A DNA stretch of 32,000 nucleotides from Okeania sp. (GTDB taxonomy: Bacteria > Cyanobacteriota > Cyanobacteriia > Cyanobacteriales > Microcoleaceae): positions 1-32,000 of the forward strand of contig NZ_JAYKGW010000019.1 in NCBI RefSeq assembly GCF_035285525.1. Reading direction: 5' to 3'. The translations under genes and the position numbers were made by a program. How positions within the stretch are numbered: the stretch's first letter is position 1; the number at the start of each line of letters is the position of its first letter. A model generated the notes under the pieces. It did not search any database, was not told where the DNA came from, and saw only the letters and a program-made list of their open reading frames with translations. Shown in pieces: positions 7,389-15,249 of the stretch.

Positions 7389-7480
7389 TAGGACTTACGC
7401 AAAATAACGTGTTTCTGTCATTGCGAGCGACAGTGAAGCAATCTCAAATGCCCAATACTCTTTCCCAATGTGTAAGTCCT
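7389..7480. repeat. Composite element: outer arms AGGACTTACGCA / TGTGTAAGTCCT enclosing a GTCATTGCGAG...GAAGCAATCTC module
   Basis: aggacttacgcaaaataacgtgtttctgtcattgcgagcgacagtgaagcaatctcaaatg...tgtgtaagtcct. The same arms without this cargo occur at 28159-28208. Confidence 0.75.
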
Positions 7481-7712
7481 GATTTACTTTTTGATTACCC
7501 GCAACTGATTTAGGATTGCCATACGTCCGGATAATCATCAAAAAAATTATCCCTTCTCACCTTTTCTTTCCTTCTGCCTTCAGCATAGCTGCCTTCTGCC
7601 TTCTTTCTCCAAAGTGTAAATATTCAACCAGAGATGATATTAGAAGTGGATAAGATTAAAATACTATAATCAAATATTGTGTGACAATTTAAAAATTTAT
7701 TAATAAATTCCG

Positions 7713-8321
7713 ATGAGCAACCAGAGTCATTATCAACAACTTGGTCTTACTGAAGATGCTTCTTTTGAAGAAATTCAAGCTGCAAAGGAACATTTAAAGC
7801 AAAAGCATGGTGACAATCAGAAAATAATAGAGAATATTGAAGCTGCTTATGATGCTATCTTGATGGATCGTCTAAGGTTACGTCAAGAAGGAAAAATTAA
7901 AGTGCCTGAAGGTATTCGATATCCAGAGAAACAACCAAAAAAAGCTCCTGATACCTCAAATTTTAGGCCAATTAATCAAACCCCGGTTTGGGTACAAAAT
8001 TTAATTGACACTCCTAGTCAAGCAGATATTTTATGGCCTAGTGGTATATATGTTGTATTAGGGACAATTAGTATTTATTCTGGTAATCAATCTTCTTCTT
8101 TGCAGCTAACTTTGGCTTTCGCAGTTGGTAGTTGTCTTTATTTTCTTAACCGCAAAGAAAATAAGTTGGGTCGAGCTGTTTTATTAACAGTTAGTGGTTT
8201 AGTTTTTGGATTAATTTTAGGAGGAATATTAACTTCTTTAGCAACTGGTTTAACCGCAGAAGTATTTATTACTTTGGTAACTTTTTTGGTGTTGTGGATG
8301 ATTAGTTGTTTTTTACGTTAA
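7713..8321 (+). CDS. CPP1-like family protein (J-like domain plus C-terminal transmembrane helices)
   Basis: N-terminal J-like region HYQQLGLTEDASFEEIQAAKEHL...IEAAYDAILMDRLRLRQEGKIKVPEGIRYPE, followed by about three hydrophobic helices. Family name assigned from memory. Confidence 0.7.
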   Translation: MSNQSHYQQLGLTEDASFEEIQAAKEHLKQKHGDNQKIIENIEAAYDAILMDRLRLRQEGKIKVPEGIRYPEKQPKKAPDTSNFRPINQTPVWVQNLIDTPSQADILWPSGIYVVLGTISIYSGNQSSSLQLTLAFAVGSCLYFLNRKENKLGRAVLLTVSGLVFGLILGGILTSLATGLTAEVFITLVTFLVLWMISCFLR

Positions 8322-8332
8322 TTTCTGGCAAG

Positions 8333-8382
8333 AAGGAATAAGGAATAAGGAAAGTGGATAATGGATAATGGATAATAGATAA
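8333..8382. repeat. Heptamer arrays AAGGAAT x3 then TGGATAA x4
   Basis: aaggaataaggaataaggaaagtggataatggataatggataatagataa read directly. Confidence 0.85.
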
Positions 8383-8511
8383 TTAATTTCCAGAGTTTTC
8401 CAACTTTTCCTTTTCAGGAGAAAAAGAAATCAGATTTCTGTACTTAATTTAATCCTCTCGGTTTTAACCAAAGGTAATTTTTCATTATTCACTGGGGAAA
8501 AAAAATTACTC

Positions 8512-8580
8512 CCCTACTCCCTACTCCCTACTCCCTACTCCCTACTCCCTACTCCCTACTCCCTACTCCCTACTCCCTAC
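8512..8580. repeat. STRR-type heptamer array CCCTACT, about 10 tandem copies
   Basis: Perfect ccctact repeats run from 8512. The stop codon and last two codons of the 8570..10222 gene lie inside the array. Confidence 0.95.
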
Positions 8581-10222
8581 CTTTATTAATTACCCAAAAA
8601 GGAAATTGCTGAGTAGGTTCTAAACTAACTCCACTAATATTCTTCTGAGCAAATACATAATCTTTATCTAACCATAATGGAATAAAAGGAACATCTTCTC
8701 CTAATAATTCTTGAATTTCTATGAAAATAGCTTCTCGCTTTTCTGGGTTTTGTTCTTGACGTTGTTGTTGAATTAATTTATTTATCCGCTCGTTATAATA
8801 AAATGAACCTTGAAATTGACTAGCTCCTTCTTCACAACCTTTTTCTTTTGAACCTTTAGTACATTCTAAAAATGGTTGGATATAATTATCCGCATCCACA
8901 AAATCTCCATACCAATCTAAAATAAAAGTTGGATATACCCCTTTATCTAAATTATTAAACGCAGTAGCTGCTTCTACACTATTCAATTCTAACTCCATTA
9001 AACCTTCTAACTTTTGCTCTACAGATGCTTTTAATGTACTAGCAGTTAATTGTCTTTTCGTAGAATTTGCAGCATACCAAATTTCTATTTGAGCAGGGTT
9101 TTCCGAAGAATATCCTGCCCCTTCTAACAAATCCTTAGCTTTGTCAAAATTTCCATCCCCATAATTTTCTTGAAACACTGGTTTATAGCCATCAAATTTT
9201 GTTGGAATTAGACTATAAACTGGTTCACCTTTTCCTTGTAAAACTCGTTCATTTAACAATTTTCTATCAATAATAGATGCTAAAGCTTGTCTCACAGCTT
9301 TATTATTTAATGGTTCTAAATTAAGATTTAAAACCATATAATTAACCGTCTTACCATCTGTAGAAACTACTTTCCATCCTTGACGACTAGCTTCTGTTTC
9401 TAAATTAGTAATTTGGTCAGTATCTAGAGAACCATAAGCTACATCAATAGCTCCTGTTTTAAAAGCATTAAAAAGGTTAGCTGAACTAGAAAATATTTGC
9501 AAATCAATTCCTTCATTTTTGGCTTTTTCTCCCCAATAATTTTCAAATACATCTAATCGTAAAACATCAGTACCATACTCAGCTAATTTATAAGGACCAG
9601 TACCAACAAATGTATCAGGTTGAAATTGATTTTGACCTATTGCATAGCTTTGAGGAGAAATTGCGCATAGACCAGAAAATGCTAATAAAGGAGTGAAAGC
9701 TGCAAAAGGTTTTTTCAACTTAATTGTTAATTGATATTCTCCAGTCGCTTCTACTGACTCAACAGTATTATTTAATAAAGAAGATGGTGGCCCCGCACTA
9801 GCAATAAAACGATTCAAGGAAAAGGCCATTGCTTCAGCATTGAAAGGAGTGCCATCATGGAAGATTACCCCTTGACGAATAGGAATAGTATATGTTATGC
9901 CATCTGCACTAATTTTTGGCATTTCTGTTGCTAGTTGGGGTACAAGTTCCGTTGTTCCTAAATTGTAACCGTAGAGGCGATCGCCTAAGTTATAGAGTAA
10001 GTTACCAGATATTACTTCGTAGGCATCTGCCGGGTCAATAGTACGAGGTTTTAATGTTGTGCCGATAGTAATTCTATCTGTATCTGTTTGTGTAGTTAGG
10101 CTATTATTTTGAGGTTGACTACAACTAATTACCAGAAAGCAGCAAAGACAAAACAAACCAACAAATTGAATGATAGACTGCCTAGAATGGTTGATAAAGT
10201 TAAATGATTTATGTTTGACCAA
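8570..10222 (-). CDS. ABC transporter substrate-binding lipoprotein, family 5 (peptide/nickel/opine type)
   Basis: 550 aa with a signal peptide and lipobox-like FLVISC. The length and composition are typical of SBP family 5 (for example FHDGTPFNAEA, GTGPYKL, NYWG). The start is TTG at 10222 with no adjacent permease or ATPase genes. Confidence 0.88.
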   Translation of the reverse strand: MVKHKSFNFINHSRQSIIQFVGLFCLCCFLVISCSQPQNNSLTTQTDTDRITIGTTLKPRTIDPADAYEVISGNLLYNLGDRLYGYNLGTTELVPQLATEMPKISADGITYTIPIRQGVIFHDGTPFNAEAMAFSLNRFIASAGPPSSLLNNTVESVEATGEYQLTIKLKKPFAAFTPLLAFSGLCAISPQSYAIGQNQFQPDTFVGTGPYKLAEYGTDVLRLDVFENYWGEKAKNEGIDLQIFSSSANLFNAFKTGAIDVAYGSLDTDQITNLETEASRQGWKVVSTDGKTVNYMVLNLNLEPLNNKAVRQALASIIDRKLLNERVLQGKGEPVYSLIPTKFDGYKPVFQENYGDGNFDKAKDLLEGAGYSSENPAQIEIWYAANSTKRQLTASTLKASVEQKLEGLMELELNSVEAATAFNNLDKGVYPTFILDWYGDFVDADNYIQPFLECTKGSKEKGCEEGASQFQGSFYYNERINKLIQQQRQEQNPEKREAIFIEIQELLGEDVPFIPLWLDKDYVFAQKNISGVSLEPTQQFPFWVINKGRE

Positions 10223-10278
10223 TTTGACTATTTACCTCTCTAAATATCTGAATAATATAGCTTTAACATATTAGGTAC

Positions 10279-10545
10279 AAAGTAAGCATTCAGCAGTTAG
10301 CTATCAGCTCTCAGTTTCATTACCTTTAAAGGAGAAAAAAAGCAATTTAGAAATTTCCAAGAATTACAAAGTATGGGTATAAAGTCCATCAGCTAATCTT
10401 AGTATTCTATCAAAGTAAGCATTCAGCTCTCAGCTATCAGCTCTTAGCTTCATTACCTGCAAAGGAGGAAAAAGCAATTGAGAGATTTCCAAGAATTAAA
10501 AGTATGGGTAAAATCCCATTAGTTAACCTTAATAGTCTATTGAAC
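10279..10545. repeat. 133-bp tandem duplication (2 copies, roughly 85 percent identical by eye) upstream of the SBP gene
   Basis: aaagtaagcattcagc...cagctatcagctc...cattacct..aaaggag.aaaaagcaatt.aga.atttccaagaatta.aaagtatgggta starts at 10279 and 10412. The GTAAGCATTCAGC module recurs at 18637 and 18961, and reverse-complemented near 11040 and 18840. Confidence 0.85.
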
Positions 10546-11161
10546 CACATAGTTTATTAAAAAGCTGAAAATGGCTTTAAATTAATATAATCTTCAAAGT
10601 CGGCTTTGATAGTAAGATTCAATTTACCTCAACTAATAAAGCTTTTTTCTCAAATTAAAATCTCCTTTAGGAAGAAGTAATTAGGGTTTGCTGGAAAAGT
10701 CTTTTTGTCAGGAAGGAGTCAGAAGTCAGCAATCCTTCAATCCAGTAGAATTAGGGAATTTACAGAAGACAGGAGGAAAAATTATCCCTGATTTTTTCTG
10801 CCAAAGCAAACCTAAATTCTAGCTTTTTTTTGCCAATTTAAAAGCAAAAAGGTTGTACTTTTTTCCAACCTAAAAATCCTAAAATCTTTATATATGAATG
10901 CTTTCATATTTAATCAGCAACCCCTAATTATTAATGATCTATTAATTGATATATATCATAAAAATGGTAAGTAGTGTATTAATTATTTATTATTTATTAT
11001 TATTGATAAATCGGATTTAGTTTTAATCTATGATTAAGAACTAATAGCTAATAGCTGACTGTTTACAAGTTAAGAATTATCACAGATCTTAGATAAACTG
11101 AGACATTAATGTTTAAAATTTAACCTAATCAGAAAACTCTTTTTCTTGACTTTCAAAATCT

Positions 11162-11668
11162 ATGTCTAATTGTAAAAATAACAATAAAATTTTTAGCATT
11201 GAAGAAGTTTATAATTGCCCTGTTTGTTATCATGGTGAAATTTCAGCAATTACTTTAATGGATGCTTTTTCTTGCAACTTTTGTCACCATATTTTTAGCG
11301 CAGATATGGAAAAACAATCATTGAAAATAGCAGATAGTTCTTCTCCTTTAAGCTGGAAATGGAATGGTAAAAAATGGAAAGCAGATCATCCTCAAGCAGA
11401 ATGGAATTGGATGATCCAATTATTAGCAGTTGGTTTTGTATTATTACCGACTATGTTAATAGGATTAAGTGCTTATTTTTTTACTCCAATACCTGGTACT
11501 CCTTTATGTTGGCTACCGATTTTTTGGACAGTTTTAACTTTTCTATCTCATTTAGTTATTATTATTAATATTGTAGTTGATTATTATCAATTTCCAGTCA
11601 AGTTATACTTGAAAGCACTAGGACGAAATTTATGGTTTTGGATTTCACTACAAAATTATTCAACATAA
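11162..11668 (+). CDS. Hypothetical membrane protein with an N-terminal zinc-ribbon (CxxC...CxxC)
   Basis: CPVCYHGEISAITLMDAFSCNFCHHIF is followed by about three hydrophobic segments. No family name recognised. Confidence 0.65.
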   Translation: MSNCKNNNKIFSIEEVYNCPVCYHGEISAITLMDAFSCNFCHHIFSADMEKQSLKIADSSSPLSWKWNGKKWKADHPQAEWNWMIQLLAVGFVLLPTMLIGLSAYFFTPIPGTPLCWLPIFWTVLTFLSHLVIIINIVVDYYQFPVKLYLKALGRNLWFWISLQNYST

Positions 11669-11816
11669 ATTTTCAGTTAATAATTCAGCTATCAGCTCTT
11701 AGCTATTTATTTTAATTTGAGATAAAAGCTTGATTAATTGAAGTAAATCGTAAACTAATTTTTTTCTCACAAATCATTTCTTGTGGCTATCACTAAGGTA
11801 ATATTTAAAAATTAAA

Positions 11817-12449
11817 TTAACCAAAAATAGCATTAATTAAAACATCACTTAAATTCATATTTTCTAAGTCCATAATAGTAACAGTATTGCAAATATCAAA
11901 TTTAGCACCTACTGCTTGTAACTGATTATCTAATAATTTAAAAAACTTAGTAACTTCAGGTTTATCTCCTACCTGAATAAGTGAAATACCTAACTCTTCA
12001 TCTTGCTCTAAATTATTACTAGCAGAAATAATAATTTGCTTAACTCGCTCAGGTTCTTCTATTTCACCTGCTGTAATAACTAAAATAGTTTCCCCATTAG
12101 GTTTTGCTATCTTCAGAGCGCGTCGCTGAAAATAATTATTAATAGCATCCTGAAGAGCATCTGCTAAATTAGTTTTGCCAGAAGGTTGATTTTCCAGGAA
12201 AATTTGAGCTAAATCAGTCGATGTTACTCGGTCATATCGTTGAAAATAGTCTGAGAATAAGTAAACCGTTAATCCATCTAAATCTAGTTTCTCACATTCA
12301 GTTGCTAATCTAATCATAGAATCTTGCATTAAATCCCATGCTCTGCTACCTATAGAAGAACTAGATATACACATATCGTTACTTTTATCAATTATTAAGG
12401 TGTAATCACGCTCTTGTATAGCAGCACCACCTTCTAATAATGGGTCCAT
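11817..12449 (-). CDS. Small von Willebrand factor A (vWA) domain protein
   Basis: DYTLIIDKSNDM occupies the MIDAS position, and the later T/D positions (TNLADAL, VITAGE) and length of 210 aa fit a single vWA fold. It resembles short cyanobacterial vWA proteins that I recall as having DKSGSM at this position. Confidence 0.78.
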   Translation of the reverse strand: MDPLLEGGAAIQERDYTLIIDKSNDMCISSSSIGSRAWDLMQDSMIRLATECEKLDLDGLTVYLFSDYFQRYDRVTSTDLAQIFLENQPSGKTNLADALQDAINNYFQRRALKIAKPNGETILVITAGEIEEPERVKQIIISASNNLEQDEELGISLIQVGDKPEVTKFFKLLDNQLQAVGAKFDICNTVTIMDLENMNLSDVLINAIFG

Positions 12450-13628
12450 AATCAGGTAAATTTCCTTTGTGAGACAAAGATAGGCTATACTATTTTACAT
12501 AGGTCAAAAGTTAAAAGTAGGATTTTATTAGCTTAAAACTTTGACGCTACTGTAATTTATGAAAATTATTTCATATTTGAGTATGAGATAATTAGGGTAG
12601 CCTAAGTTGATGAAGTTGGTATAAATATTTTAGTCTCAAGATGCAAAACTTGACACTTCCCCAATTAAATCAAAGCCTTGTTATTGATCGGTAGTTTGTA
12701 TTAAGTTCCTGATGTGATTGAGGAATAAAATTTATTCTATTCCTTAATTTCCTCTTCGTAAGTAAGAGCAATTTTTTTAACGATACTCCGTACTCTCCTT
12801 AGATTAAGAATTTGATTGGTTTGAGATTGTATGATCTCGTTGGTAGTTATTAATATTTTTTCTAATTAAGCAACTAGGGTAAAAGTTTCAAATCTAAATA
12901 TTTACAATTTTTTAGCTTTGATAATATGTTTTTTCCGGAAAAGATGCTAAGTCACACAGAAATTAATAATTAGAGTTGTTTGAAATATTTTGTGTAGGCA
13001 TTCAGCTATAGTTTTTAGTGGAAGTTCAAAAGGAAAACAAGCAAGTTATTATTGCTGCCTATCCCTAATAGCTAGTTGCTAATAGCTTGTGTAATGGAAC
13101 TAACTGAATTTTTTTCGAGTCTATTTTTATAGTAGATATAGCAATTCTAACATTGGTTGTGAAAATTTTTCTCCCTCCAATATATAGTGAAGTGAAAATT
13201 CTGAAAATTATAGCTTCTGACTGTAGGTTTGTCATCCGAAAATTTCCCCATCTGTACTTCACAAATCGAACAACTTCCCTGCCTAACTCCTAACTCCTAC
13301 CAAAATATTACGATTGAAATAGGATTGCTGTATATTTGTAATGTCTGCTACGAATAAGACCGAAAAAATTCAAGTCCGCTTCAGCTGTGATGGGCAGAAA
13401 GTTAAAACATTTCACTTAGTCAATGTTATAACTTAGCATAACCTAGCAAACCATTGAAATAAACTATTTATTGATTAATTTCTCAAAGCGGAATAAAAAA
13501 TATAACTATAACTTGCATCTCCATCGTCTAAACCACTTATTATAATTTCATAGCTCCGGAATAAAACCCCACCTAAACTAACACAAATAAGCGAAGCAAA
13601 ACCTATAAATAATCAAAGGATATTAACT

Positions 13629-14195
13629 ATGAAATCTAACTCTAAAAATAATGAACCGGATGGCAATGAACAAGTTCCTCAGAAATCGCCTCATCCTTTT
13701 TTACTATCATTAATTTTAACTGGAATCTTAGCTGCTGAAGCATATCCAAATCTCACTGAAACAGCAATTGCTTCTGTAAAAGTTCTGCAATCTTCTCAAG
13801 TAGAGATAACTAGCCAAATTACTACTAAAACTGATAGATTTGTTAATATTGAGCAAACCTCTGTCAATGGAAGCTTTGATAATGTCAAAAAGTTGAGTAA
13901 ACCAATCTTTAACTTGGCAGAAAAACTTACTAATCAAGTTAAAAAAATTCCTCATGGTATAATTGAAGCTGTTTACCAAGATTTAGAGAATCGAATCGGC
14001 ATTGTCCCGGAAACGATTAAAGTTAATGCAGTCAGTCAAGAGACTTGGCCAAATACTTGTTTAGGATTAGCTAAAAATGATGAACTTTGTGGCCAAAGAT
14101 TAGTAGAAGGTTGGCGTCTTATTTTGTCTAATGGTAAAGATCAATGGATTTATCGTACAGACAATAGAGGCAAGTTGATGAGACTAGAAATCTAA
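13629..14195 (+). CDS. Hypothetical signal-anchored or secreted protein
   Basis: 188 aa with one N-terminal hydrophobic helix (FLLSLILTGILAAEA) and a C-terminal Cys pair (NTCLGLAKNDELCGQ). AAAGGA lies 9 nt upstream of the ATG. No family recognised. Confidence 0.6.
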   Translation: MKSNSKNNEPDGNEQVPQKSPHPFLLSLILTGILAAEAYPNLTETAIASVKVLQSSQVEITSQITTKTDRFVNIEQTSVNGSFDNVKKLSKPIFNLAEKLTNQVKKIPHGIIEAVYQDLENRIGIVPETIKVNAVSQETWPNTCLGLAKNDELCGQRLVEGWRLILSNGKDQWIYRTDNRGKLMRLEI

Positions 14196-14225
14196 AATTC
14201 CAGGTAGTAAGGAAGTAGAATTTAA

Positions 14226-14345
14226 GGTTGTAGGGGTTTGGTCTCTAAACCCTCTACAAACTATCAACTTTCGCTCTTTTCTGATGGTAGAATTTTATTC
14301 TCCAATTTATCGGGAACCGTAGCCAGTGGGTTTGATCTTATGAGG
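14226..14345. repeat. Dispersed element homologous to the nested insert at 6153-6285
   Basis: gtaggggtttggtctctaaaccctctacaa ... ctgatggtagaattttattctccaa ... agccagtgggtttgat parallels the 6.2-kb copy. A 12-bp inverted pair ATCGGGAACCGT (14309-14320) / ACGGTTCCCGAT (14448-14459) is also present, with a solo copy at 18696-18707. Confidence 0.7.
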
Positions 14346-14589
14346 TATAAGGTACACCTGTCGTGGCCAAGATGCCCATACTACAATAATTTTACCAAAA
14401 AAAGAGGTATCAAGCCTCTCCTTTTAAGGGGACGAAAAAATTTTAACACGGTTCCCGATCAATCAGTATTTCAAGCCTCCGAATTTAGTCGGAGGTTCAT
14501 TCTCTACTGATAACTGATAACTGAAATGACCATTCACACCTTGTACCTCATTTGTCGGAAACCTGCTGTAAATTACGTTAGTAGAAGCA

Positions 14590-14617
14590 GTAGGGACATT
14601 ATATGCAACGTCTGTAC
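14590..14617. repeat. 28-nt copy of the GTAGGGACGTTGCAT palindromic family
   Basis: gtagggacattatatgcaacgtctgtac has the same length and arm structure as the in-CDS copy at 2553-2580. Confidence 0.7.
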
Positions 14618-14776
14618 TGCTTGTTATGACTTATATAGGTTTTATGAAGCAGTAACAGGAATTATGCAAACCAACCAAGAAATTAGGTTTATTGGCTCTT
14701 TCAAACAATAAAATTTTATTAATAGACCAGGTTTATATCTAATATTCTTACCTGGATTCAGTAAATATAACTTTAA

Positions 14777-14848
14777 CTGGGGCGGAAGGATTCGAACCTC
14801 CGAATGGCTGGACCAAAACCAGCTGCCTTACCACTTGGCGACGCCCCA
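14777..14848 (-). tRNA. tRNA-Gln (anticodon UUG)
   Basis: The minus strand reads TGGGGCGTCGCCAAGTGGTAAGGCAGCTGGTTTTGGTCCAGCCATTCGGAGGTTCGAATCCTTCCGCCCCAG. It has a U1-A72 acceptor stem, a GCTGG/CCAGC anticodon stem with loop TTTTGGT (anticodon TTG) and a GGTTCGAATCC T-arm. It closely resembles E. coli tRNA-Gln. CCA is not encoded. Confidence 0.95.
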
Positions 14849-14988
14849 TTTCCTCAACATTTAATATCTTAGCACCTATATGTAGGAATTTGTCAAGGGT
14901 TTTTTCCATAATTTTTTTGAAGTTTTGATTTTGCAGGAGTTATGGGCTTATATCATGTCTGGTTGAATACTTAGACTGTGGAGGAAGT

Positions 14989-15016
14989 AAGGCAGAAGGC
15001 AGAAGGCAGAAGGAAA
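14989..15016. repeat. Heptamer array AAGGCAG (reverse complement of CCTTCTG), about 3.5 copies
   Basis: aaggcagaaggcagaaggcagaaggaaag read directly. Confidence 0.85.
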
Positions 15017-15249
15017 GAAAAGGCAATTATGGCAGAAAGTTTTTTGATTACTGATTATCCGGATTTGGTATTAAATATTGATCCAAGACAATATGGTGCT
15101 ATCTGCAAGTTATATAAAATCAGGTCGAATACTTTTATATCCTTTGGGAAGATTGAAGTGTAGATATAATATAATTATGAACATATACTATATGAACAGA
15201 TTTTATATTATAAAGTCAGAAGTCATAAAATAAAGATTAATTTGAGAGT

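Noticed and set aside
7316-7513. 65-aa ORF downstream of pgeF. Similar short intergenic ORFs are 13065..13262, 14238..14510, 14526..14711, 14978..15163, 19147..19329, 20693..20908 and 25267..25488.
   Set aside because: Each is built largely from dispersed repeat or heptamer sequence (for example GGGAACA, AGGACTTACGCA, GTCATTGCGAG or AAGGCAG modules) or AT-rich spacer. They lack ribosome-binding sites and recognisable domains.
13555-13579. TCCGGA (DIF-type heterocyst promoter motif) upstream of the 13629 gene, with a TAAACT -10-like hexamer
   Set aside because: The spacing between the two hexamers is only 13 nt, and TCCGGA also occurs elsewhere (about 7525, 12944 and 15058) with no consistent context. 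This is not enough to call a promoter.
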